Assembly: GCA_051362555.1 (NCBI GenBank)
Contig: CM120642.1
Span: forward strand, 27,404,001-27,468,000
DNA length: 64,000 nucleotides
Source of the DNA: Lingula anatina
Lineage: Eukaryota; Animalia; Brachiopoda
Direction: 5' to 3'
This document shows, piece after piece, positions 13,201 to 24,152 of the stretch (within the stretch, counting starts at the first letter, position 1; each line of letters begins with the position of its first letter). The translations under genes were made by a program, and so were the position numbers. A model generated the notes under the pieces. It saw only the letters and a program-made list of their open reading frames with translations. It did no database searches and had not been told where the DNA came from.

Positions 13201-16200
13201 CCAACAGGAACCACACTGTGACTGTGTTCTTAGGAACAAAACCTTTCCAGCCTGGTAAGTGTTTTTATTCCAGCATATAAATGAAATGTCATTTTTAATG
13301 TGTTGAATGAGCAATATGATAGGTGATGTTGCAACCCTAGCACAATAAATGTAGGCCAGATGCAAAACATATTGTAATTTAGCTAAAGGAAAATGAAAAT
13401 TGGTTCATTTTTGATTTAGTTCAAATTTTTTATTTGACTACAGTTATCCATAAAGTTTGTGGAAAATTTATTCTAGAGTGAGCCCAACAATACCTTAAAT
13501 AGAAAACATTAATTACAATAAAGAAAATGTCTTTTGTAAGTGGCATGCACCCAATTCTGTTGCATTATTGAGAGCTGTGTAAGTATGTGGTGAATGATGT
13601 AAGGTAGTCTTCTTTGCCTAGAATATAAAATTTATAAATGATGGTGTGGTATTTTATTATTTCTATTACAAAGAATGTCTTTGTTGAAAAGCATACTTTA
13701 GATAAAATACTGACTTTCAGTAACCAATATCTGAAAGGATTGCATATTATTTGATATAATTATTGGCATTCCATCTTCAGGTGACACAAGCTTGCTAGTG
13801 GGCTGGTACAAAGGCTGCATAAGAGGCATCATGTTCAACCAGCAACACGTGCGTTACCTTCAGTCTAACATCCACCAATACGGCGTCCATTCATTAAATC
13901 ACAATCTGAGGACGGGCTGCATTGGTGACGATGTCTGCCAACCAAATCGTTGTCCTGCTAACTCGTTCTGTCTCGACACATGGAATGCATATCAGTGTCC
14001 CTGTCTGGAGGGGTGGGAGGGGATGGGTTGTTCTCTCAGTATTAACGACTGCGTGAACAATTCATGCTCGAATGGAGCGACATGCGTAGATGGTCACATG
14101 GACTATACCTGTGTGTGTGCACATGGTTATACAGGGCGATTCTGCGAGCAGGTTATTGAGATATGTGACTTCTTTCCTTGTCATGAAAACAATACATTAC
14201 AGTGCAACTCTGTATTCCCAGTGGACTACACCTGTGACTGCAAACCAGGCTGGACTGGGAAAAACTGCACTTTAAATATAGATGAGTGCATGAGCATGCC
14301 ATGTTCCCACAACGGGACATGCATGGATCGTGTTAATGGCTATTCATGTGCATGCGACGTGGATCATTTTGGGGTTCATTGTGAAAACACCAGGATCTGT
14401 GCTTCACAACCGTGTTTTAATGGTGCCAGTTGTTTCAATGGAGAAAATAACACTGACTTTACATGCACATGTACTGAGAGATATTTAGGACTCCAGTGTG
14501 AGACATTTAACTCCTGTTATAACCATCAGTGCCAGAACAATGCCTCCTGTGTTATCAATGGGGGAGATTACAACTGTACTTGTGCCATAGGTTTCTATGG
14601 AAACAGGTGTGAGTTTGTAGATTTCTGTCTATCGTCACCTTGCCAGAATGGGGCCACGTGTAGCAACCAACCAGATACATTCACCTGTGACTGCACTGTG
14701 CATTATGAGGGTAGCACTTGTGACACACCCATCGATAAATGTGAAACCAATCCTTGCTTGAATGGTGGGAGCTGTTGGTTTGATATGAGCAATCCAGAAC
14801 AAAATTTCACTTGCCAGTGTTTGCCAGGGTACACTGGGTCATTATGTGACCTTGACATTGATGAATGTAGGTCAAACCCCTGTCAGAATGGTGCTACTTG
14901 TATTGAAAGCACACAGTTACCCAGGGATCAGTTCTTCCCTGGATTCAACTGCAGTTGTGCCAGTGGTTATTATGGAGAGCTGTGTCAGTTAGAAGTGAAT
15001 GAGTGTACTAGTAATCCATGCCTGAACTCTGGTACTTGCGTGGATCAGATAAATGCTTACAGATGTGATTGTGTTCTTGGTTATGAGGGCACACACTGCG
15101 AAATGGACAAAAGAGGCTGTTCTTCTGGACCGTGTTTTAATGGCGCCACCTGTCAGGAGGACATGGACAAGACGTACCAGTGTTTGTGTGCAGTTGGCTA
15201 CACTGGGCAGCTGTGTCAAACTGACATAGATGACTGCATAGGACACCTTTGCCAGAATGGTGCCAGTTGCGTGGACCTAGTCAACAACTACACTTGTAAC
15301 TGTAAACCAGGCTTTGGAGGGGATTTCTTTTGCTCAGAAAGAATCGACTCCTGTTACAGTCAGCCTTGTTTGAACAACGGCACATGTGCCTATGTGGGCA
15401 TGTGTGCTTGTCCTGACAATTTACAACTAGAGACATCTATAGTCAGGAATTGTGGTTGGCACGATGAGGCATGCCAGGTGGTAGAATGCAGGAGAAATCC
15501 AAGCTGTTCGATTCGGGCAAGCTCTTTCCAGTGTGACTGCACCAACACTGGGTATGAGGGTAACTTGTGCCAGTCTGATGTGAATGAGTGTCTGTTCCCA
15601 GAGTCCTGCCTTCACAGCAGCCAGTGTACTAACCTAGATGGTGGATATGTATGTAATTGTACAGGGACTGGGTATGAGGGCACACACTGTGAAATAGACA
15701 TCAACGAGTGTGATGGTATTCTGACCTGTCTCAATGGAGGTTAGTGAAGAGAAGGTCATGGCTTTCCCTCTTTGTGATTTAAAGTATAATAATGAGTAAT
15801 ATGGTATGTAGCAGACAGTAATTTACAGATTTTGTATTCTGTCTCTGACTGTTACAGTAGCCACTTTAAAGTTATGTATAAAATGGCTGTTATTGTCATT
15901 GAGTTTAGTTTAACTCCCAGTAAACAACACTGAAATTGGTATAGTATCTTTCTCATCATTCTGATTTAAAAAAAATTAATGTTAATATCTTATTTTTGCA
16001 AGGAACCTGCCAGAACCGACCAGGGTCCAGTTGGTGTGTTTGCACCCCGGGTTACACAGGGCTGACCTGTGGTCAGGACATAGATGAGTGTGCCAGCTCA
16101 CCCTGTCAACACGGGGCGATCTGTAACAACCAGCTCAATAAGTTTGTTTGTGACTGTTCAGGAACTGGGTATCAAGGTTAGTATAGTAGATGAAACTAGT

Positions 16201-19200
16201 TTTTGTTTTATCATCATTTACAGATGTAGGAATGTTTCATTCAGAGTTTGTGACTTTTGATTAAACATTTGGTGCATGTGTCAGAACTTGGAACTGAATT
16301 TTTTTCTACTGAAATTTTCCGTGTTTTGATGAAAACTTCACTTGGATAAAGTGCCTGGAATTGATGAATAACTTGAAATTGGCTTTGGGCATAAAGAGAA
16401 AATTAGCAGTCAAAATCTGTTCAGTGTTTTACACCAGTATTTACCCTTATGCCCTTAAATCTTATTGTAGTTTGTATTTGATTTAGGTATTTCTTGTGAG
16501 AGTGATATCAATGAATGTAATGAAGCAGGCTTTAGTTCATGTCGGAATGGTGGAACCTGTGTCAACAGGCCAGGAAACTTCTCATGCAGCTGTCCAGCAC
16601 CATATTATGGTAAAGTTGTCATTTAGTTGATTGTAGTTAATAAGTTTTGCTACGTAGTTGCGATTTCTATGTACAGACGCATCATGTTTGTACACATAGC
16701 CATCACCTGTTTCTGTCATCACCGACCCTGTCACTGTTCACTTGTAACAGTGATAACACATTAAGTGGAAAACCATTTGACCTATTGTTTTTAAACTCAC
16801 AGAACTGATGAATATTCATCAAATACCATTAGAGATCAAAAATCATTTTTCCAAAAGTAATACTTTTTGTGTGTGTTTGGGGGGGGGGGCTTTTTTTGCA
16901 GCATATATGCATTACAGATAACACATAAAGTGGAAAATGGGTTAACTTTTTGTTTTGCATTTTTGTTTGTTTGTTTGTGAGAGTAAAATTCTTCAAATAT
17001 TGACATTTTCAGTATGTGACTGAAATCCCATGGCCCTAAATGTCCAGTTTACTAGCGCATCATTAAAAATTGGTGGCGTTTATGCTAGTCATCTCTAATA
17101 TTAAAAAACCATAGAAAACTTTTCAAACAAAATATTCAGTTTTAATCGCCACAGAACTATCAACCTTTTGGTTTATTTAGAATCTTTCAAAGAATTTCAG
17201 TAAACATGTGTTCATTTGTTGATATGAGTTGTCTTTTAACATCAGTGATAAATTTTCAAACTTTTATTCTTTAACAAAGTGCCATTTTAATAGAGAATTA
17301 CCTAGCATAAGACTCTCATTTACACCATTCTTAGAATGTTCTCTGAAAACAAATGGAAATTTCAAATATAGCTTGTCACATCCAATTCTTACTTGTAATT
17401 CCTTGTCTGTGAAATGTTCAGACTTATGGTTGTATGTATTAGTGGAACAAACAGATAGTTTGTAGCTCTTAGCTAATACTTTTTCCATGTTTTTAGGAGC
17501 CAGTAAAGTTATATTTTCAAAAGGTCTTTCCTGTAGTGGGAAAATGTCTTCCTTTAGAAAGGTAAATTGTCTTTTAAACTCAGAATCAACATCCCAAATA
17601 TGGATGGTATTCTCCTTGTAAAAACATATATCCAGAAAAGGCCATTTCCATTGCACATTTGGTATGATTTCTGAAGAATTCTTGAAAAATTTCCAACGCA
17701 CCTTTTGTGAGACCACCAAAACATAGTCGGGGCTAAGAGCAGAAACGGCTGCCTTTAGTTTCCCTCTGTCTGCATCATTCATGAGCAAATCTACGTCGTC
17801 ATCCCATGGAATGAAGCCATGGTGCCTGTAGGCGCCCAGGAGAGTTCCTCCATACATCATATATGATAAATTTGCTTTTTTAATAGCATTGGTGAAAACT
17901 GAGAGTAAATGCATCATAGTGCCCATATCCTTGGAGTTCATCCTAGGCTTAAAGTTTGAAATTATTTTTGATTCTGCAGTGATTTTCGTAACATTTCTAA
18001 GAATGTGTTCTGTTTTGGGAGAAGTTGAATTTTTAGCATTTAATGTTAGAACAGCAGGATTATGCGCACTTGAGTTAGTTGCTGCTTTGGTAGGTACAAT
18101 ATGAGATCCAGTAAGATGCTGCCCCATCCACCACAAAAAGCAACCCATGAAATCCACAGTTAAGAGGGCTATGAAGACTCCTACTATTGTTTTCATCATT
18201 TATTTCCTGAAGGAGAAGAAAAAAAGTTGTCATTTTAACTCATAACACTTCATATCCATGTGGCACATCCGTTGTTCACCCTCCAGTCTGTAAACCATAT
18301 TTTTCCTTTATTTTAAATTGTTTATTTTGTTTGGTTTTAAGGTATTTTCCTTACAAAAAAAACTTTGTGATTGATTGCTATTCACAAAAGTTATTGTACA
18401 TTTTGTGTTGTTGTGTTTGATGTTGGGCATTGCAGAAGGTTGAGAATTAATGTAAGTTATTAGTGATAAAACGTAAACGGTAGATTAGCAATATGTCCAT
18501 ACTTTACCTGGAGACAAATGGTCTTCGTGAATATTATGTTAACTTAAAGATATTATAACAACCAGTTTTGTTAAGGTTTCTTTTCCACCCACCTAATATC
18601 AGCATTGATGGGCATTGACTTTAAAATGTTGATAACCTCACTTGTTATAGAAGTGTAATTTCAAGTGATGCCACAGCAACAAAGGACACTGTCAGCCAAC
18701 CCAAAGGCTCCAAAACCTGTATGAGAATTTCTCTCTTTGAAACTTTCCAGCAGATTAAAGTCTACCAGTTGTTATTTTCACTTCAGTGTATCAGGTCAGA
18801 AGCTTGGTTTCTGTACAGATAGCATGTCAGGTTACAAGATCAAGGGTTAATCTGGGTGATCTGGGCTATCTATGGGATGAGAGATAATACCATGTGTCCT
18901 AAATCTATGAGAGATATGAGCCATGGGCAGCGACACACTGCCCATCAGTTATTTTAATTGTACAATTCTCTGCATTTTGAGCAATTTTAGTTCCCCTTAG
19001 TTGAATTATTATGAAATCATTTACCAATTTAAAATGATAACTTGGGGAACACTATCACTTTTTACTTATGTAGTCATCTAAGTCTGAAGTAGACCAAGTT
19101 ATGCTTTTTTTTTTTTTTTTTTCATTTTTAATTTTTCAAATGTTGACATTTTGAAGATGTGAATGTACTAGCCCTGTACTAGTAACATTTTCTGTATTTC

Positions 19201-19910
19201 CACATTGAGCAATATTATTTTTAATTTAATGTTGTTTAAGCTTTTAAGCATTTGATAATGTTTTTTTTTTTGTGCACTAGCGTGGTTAGTCACAAATTGG
19301 ATTTTCATTGTGTGTATTTGAACTCTCATGGGCCTGAAATTGTATTTTATTGTCCATGTTACCTGCAGCAGAATTAAAACTTGGTGTTAATGTTATAGAT
19401 GTAATGCAAGTTTTAAACTAGTGTTCTTATAGTTTTCATGTTGATTGCTTGCAATGAGATTGTTAATCAATTGATGTACAGATTTCTGTGAATCATTTGC
19501 TGTGGAAAAACTAACCAACGCATTAAATTCAAGTAAAAAAAAATCTATATATCATTGAAATATACTGCAATTTAGAATTGATGTAATCATAAAGCAGCAC
19601 ACAGAAAGAAAAAAAATCCATGATGTGCACCTTTTTCCATTTCATTCCAGGAACATATTGTGAACTTAAAAAAGAAACTCCAGTCCAGCTGCCTTCCACA
19701 GGGGAGGACCCCTCCCTGGTCATAGTCCTGGTGCCACTGTTTGTTGCCATCCTCATCATCACGCTGATCTTCATATACGCTCTATGGCGGGTACGACGGA
19801 TGAGAAAGATGAAGGGAACATACAACCCGGCCAAGGAGGAACAACAGAATGGACCGTCCATTCCACTGCAGGATATGTTTGATGAAGACACAGAGGAGAA
19901 GTTGATATGA
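4281..19910 (+). CDS. crb: Crumbs-like EGF/laminin-G single-pass membrane protein (5'-partial; about 33 EGF repeats and 3 LamG domains visible)
   Basis: In-frame GT-AG exons: 4281-4494, 4880-5142, 5367-5570, 5900-6157, 6503-6625, 7102-7332, 7637-7753, 8393-8506, 8651-8952, 9262-9624, 9766-9946, 10426-10568, 10864-11029, 11329-11479, 11794-12020, 12457-12678, 13033-13254, 13781-15739, 16003-16176, 16487-16609, 19651-19910. Ca-binding EGF motifs (DIDEC); LamG ends FRGCL, FYGCI, YKGCI; [26 protein letters not shown]. The short tail has the Crumbs FERM-binding GTYxPxxxE motif and ends in EKLI (canonical ERLI). Confidence 0.85.
7758..7975. mobile_element. MITE family A copy (Harbinger-like), in a crumbs intron
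   Basis: Starts GACCCATTCCCA. Internal inverted arms TATGTAGATCGATCCAACTC and GAGTTGGTACGATCTACATA. Homologous to 56381-56527 and 62741-62977. Confidence 0.65.
17264..18199 (-). CDS. LicD/fukutin-family phosphotransferase (type II membrane glycan-modifying enzyme), 311 aa, nested in the last crumbs intron
   Basis: N-terminal signal anchor ([20 protein letters not shown]), Ser/Thr-rich stem, and LicD signature [22 protein letters not shown] followed by WPFLDI and DIFPL...FE. A polypyrimidine-CAG acceptor ends at 18207, just upstream of the ATG, implying a 5' UTR intron. Confidence 0.9.
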   Translation of the reverse strand: MMKTIVGVFIALLTVDFMGCFLWWMGQHLTGSHIVPTKAATNSSAHNPAVLTLNAKNSTSPKTEHILRNVTKITAESKIISNFKPRMNSKDMGTMMHLLSVFTNAIKKANLSYMMYGGTLLGAYRHHGFIPWDDDVDLLMNDADRGKLKAAVSALSPDYVLVVSQKVRWKFFKNSSEIIPNVQWKWPFLDICFYKENTIHIWDVDSEFKRQFTFLKEDIFPLQERPFENITLLAPKNMEKVLAKSYKLSVCSTNTYNHKSEHFTDKELQVRIGCDKLYLKFPFVFREHSKNGVNESLMLGNSLLKWHFVKE

Positions 19911-21474
19911 CAACCTGAAGTATGGTAGTGACTCAATCTTTTAAATAGGGATTAATTATCAATCTTTTAGATACATAATCTTATAATTATTGAAAATGTT
20001 TCTTTATAGCATTTTTGGTGCTTTTATTGTATGGAAGAGAACTACAGAGTAGCCTGTTATTCTGTTTTGTAGCTGCTTCACAATCCTAAGAATTAATGCC
20101 TTTAAAAAAATTACAGTATCTACTAAATTCATAATTTTAGCTGCTTGAAAAGATCGAGTCATTATCTAAGACTCAGAGAGGGCTGGAAAATGGGCATTGT
20201 TCTGCCCCATTATTCATTCAGACGCCTGATAACGAGATGGCAACACTCCTCAGTGTATTGGTCTACAGAGGTCCCTTACACTGGTACAAGTTGTGCACCT
20301 ACAATCATCTGGAGGAATATCAAGCATGCCTTTTGTTAATGATGTAGTTAAAGGTTTTGATGTATAGATAAGAGGACAGTCATAGCTCACTGCTGAGACA
20401 AGAAAAGGTGGTAATAATCTTAATATTGTTACACCACCAGTAGACCAAGCTTAAATGAGGGACCATTTTTCATTTTTTTTTCTTTTTTTCTTTTTGTATC
20501 ATATTGAAATATGCTGCCTGCCATGAACACTTCCATTTCCATACCTACTTAATGCACTTTTCCGTCCAAAATTTTACTTTTAGTCTCAACTTGGCTATGA
20601 AAATGTTGGCTGTACAATCCTTTTTAAAAGTTTACATAGAAAATTTACAAATATTTTACAATTCTAATACACCTATCTTTACAAAAGTTCAAGCATTTTA
20701 TATAAATATACAGATATATTCTTCTGTAGCCTTCTTATAGTTGATGCAAATGAAAACATTGGAAATATTGAAGGATAATATGATCTGAAAGTATGTAAGA
20801 CTGTACTGCTTGAAGTGTTTTGTGTATATCTATTACACTAGGATATGTACAATGTATTTAACATTCCATTTCCCATATCTATCTATTATATTTTAACTTA
20901 TAAAAGTTTTTATAATAACTTTATTATATGCACAGGTAATTTTATTATGTGCACAGGGTAAAGGTTATATCACATTTGACAATGCCAATATGAACTCTAT
21001 TTATCGCTTTATAGAACAATTTTAACTTTATTGTGAGCAACATATTAATTGTGGATTTCAGACCGTCCAGGTAGACTTACTGTTTGTTCATTTTGACAAT
21101 GCAGACTTTTTAAACAAATTTTGTTTTAAAGTTCAGCTTTATGTCAGATTTATATGTAAAACACGTTGGAACAATATTATCAGGTGCTTAGATACAACGC
21201 AGATTTATTTTGTCTTCTGGCACTATGACAGGCATTTTAGAAAACCTTTTGTGAAAGTTGGTAATATATTTCAGAAAAGATTGAATTTATTTTGTGGTGC
21301 ATTTGTAAATTTTTTATTATACTGATGTACATATGATCTTTAATAAAAACCGAAAAACAACCCGACTAACTTTGGTCAGATATGTACATATACACACTGA
21401 CATGGTGAATATATCTTCAACAGCATATGAAATGCAAAGCAGTCAAATAAATAATTCTAAAAGCTGCAGACTTT

Positions 21475-23828
21475 TCATTTGACCGAGTTTTTCATTTTTC
21501 TCACATCAGCCAAGCAATCCAATGCTTCCTTCACACTTTCCTGGTCATCCCTGTCTTTGGCAACTTTCAGTGCCTTTCTACACGACGTCTCCGCTTCATC
21601 AAACCTGCCCAACTGAGCAAAGATTAATCCTTGATTACAATAAAATTGTGGGAGTTCAGGGACTTGGGTCACCTCTGCCACGTCTAGTGCTTCCTCCATG
21701 TATTTTTCTGCAGTTGTCATGTCTCCTTTCAGGTAATACAAAGAGGAGACATCATTCATAATGACAAGTTTCTGAGGATGATCTAATGGTAGATATTTGG
21801 CTGCTATGTCCAAAGCAAGGTGATAGTTTTCCAGAGCCTTTTCATACTCTTTCTGATACACCCAGAATCTGGCCTGAGACTCTAAGCAAAGGCCATACAG
21901 AAGTGTTGTGTCCAAGTCAGCATCCAAGCCTTGTTCTTTAGTTTTTTTCGCCATAGTATCTACACAAAACTGGTACCCTAGCTCTGCATCATCAAATTTC
22001 TGTTTGGAGGCATAAATTGAAGCTAGTTTCACTGATATCTCAACCAAAGCATTGTCGGTTTTATCCAGACCCATCTGTAACATGCCTTTCATTGTATCCT
22101 TGAATAAAACCTCTGCATGGTCAAATTCTCCTTTAAGTAGACCAAGGTTAGCCATTTTATCAAATATGTTAGTCTGCAAATGAAGAAGTCTTTTGTCATC
22201 AATTTTGCCTTCCCTGTGCAATTTGTATACAAAGTGCAGTGCTTCGTGGTAGAATTCATCTGCAGCTTTGTAGTCTGATTTATTTTGAGCTTGGATCCCC
22301 TTGCGCAGGATCATCACTAGTTCAGTTTCATTTTGATCCTTTTCTTCCTCAGCATTTTTTGCTGCAGCCAGAGAGACGGGGAATAAAGCAACCAGACTGA
22401 CTCTTGGCAGCTCTCCTTGGTAATTTCTGAAATGAAACAAATAACAATTGTAAACAAATTATGAAAGAATTATGTTTTTAAAGTGAGCATATATTACGTT
22501 TACCTTTTAACTTATCAGGCCCTGCCATTTACAGGGCTTTTGAGTGTTCCAACTAACTTTTACCGAAAACAAAAAAAAGACGCACTGCAAGCAAAACAAA
22601 ACACTCATGCACATTTTGAACTGTATACTACTTGGCATAGAAGGCCAATACACTGCATCTTGAATGAAATTTATTTTCTTAAGAATACCAATTAAACTAA
22701 AACTAGAAAGGTAAAATAATTGGTAGAAGAAATGTTTAAAACCATATGGTATAATATATCAAAATTAATTGGGCCAAGGGTTATGAAGACCCAAGGAAAT
22801 CTGTTTCAGAATTATTCATTAACTCCATTTCCTAATGCTAACCACATAGGCATTAATTTCAAGAGCAACTGCCATCAGAGAGCAGGTACGGTAGACATGT
22901 TTTTTCAATACCAACACAGTTCAGACAAATTGTCTTTTGTCAACCTTCAATCGGTGTCTATCGTAGTTAATTAAACTTCACTCTGGAACAAAGAACCATG
23001 CTCTTTACACTAACACAAGTTGTCATGGTAGCACTATGGTGCTATCATGAAAACGATAAGAAGTATTAACTTTTAACAGACTTTCAGATTAACTTATTTT
23101 TTCTACTGTAAATTACCCCCCCCCCCCAAAAAAAAAATAATAATAATAATCAAACCAATGTTCTTCTGCAAGAAACATTTACTTAATGCTTCACAGTGCA
23201 ACACACAAACTACAACTTAGAATAAAAGACTTATCAATTCCAAGTCAAAAAATACAACTATAAAGAACACCTATGTTAGGTATATATGAGAATGCACTAG
23301 AGGCCCCATGCAATCCTGTCCTGCAGCAGCACTGGCCTGCCTGTGACCAGCGACCACCGAGGCCCTCGTTTAACAACCTATAGATACTAAAATCTCTCTT
23401 CGCCTAATTTTATATACTTTGTGAAAGAACATTTGGGATAGAACATCTGTGGTATGGAACAAACCCCATGAAAATTGATCAAGGCGAAGTATGTTTTTAA
23501 AGTGGCACAAAAGCGCTCAGTGGTCACAGCTTTCTCCAAATCGCTAGGCAAATAAAATTGTGATATGTCCTTTAATTCCAACGGTATACCATTCTGGATA
23601 AAAATACCTTTCAGATGATATAACTTGTGTCTGGCACATTCTGATATGCTGTACCTACCTATGTTTGTAACTCCACTGGCAAGATAATTTATATGAAGAT
23701 CCTATATTTTTGATAATAGTTTGCTTTGTTTGAAAACGACTGACACACTGTTGTGATACTTTACTGTTGACAGAGCGCCAAATAAATAAAAGTTTGGAAA
23801 AAACCTCACGTTTCAAGGAGGCTGCCAT
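21475..23828 (-). CDS. TTC19: Tetratricopeptide repeat protein 19, mitochondrial (complex III assembly factor)
   Basis: Exon 1 (23828-23659, MAASLKREVFSKLLFIWRSV..., basic presequence-like) joins exon 2 (22426-21475) in frame. TPRs with TTC19-like motifs FDKMANLGLLKGEFDHAEVLFKDTM and DNALVEISVKLASIYA...AELGYQFC. Confidence 0.85.
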
Positions 23829-24152
23829 TTTAGTAAGCACTTATTCCATTAAATGTTTTAATATTGATATGATTTTTTAAATCAAACTAAATCAATCATT
23901 ATAACAATGACTTATAGCAAATTGCTTATATATTTTACTGGTAAGAATTATTTTTCAAAAGTCCAATTTAATTTTTTTATTTGTAAAGCAAGCATTTCGA
24001 AACGCTTCTAGTTATTCTCGACCAACTCAGCTTCACGAGCATATCGTAAAGGACCCGCGAAGACAACACGCTGATGTTTGTTTACTCCTGAATAGTCAAG
24101 AAATATGACCGTTTGAGTAATATTATTGAATGAATTACCTTGATTTAACAAA
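23829..24152. promoter_or_regulatory. Putative bidirectional promoter, TTC19/TDRD5
   Basis: Divergent ATGs lie 324 bp apart, with local CpG enrichment (about 23995-24500). A YY1-like AAAATGGCAGCC overlaps the TTC19 start. Confidence 0.6.

Noticed and set aside
4281-19910. Notch, EYS or fibropellin as the identity of the EGF gene
   Set aside because: There are no LNR or ankyrin domains, and a TM plus short GTY...E-x-LI tail after three LamG domains fits Crumbs.
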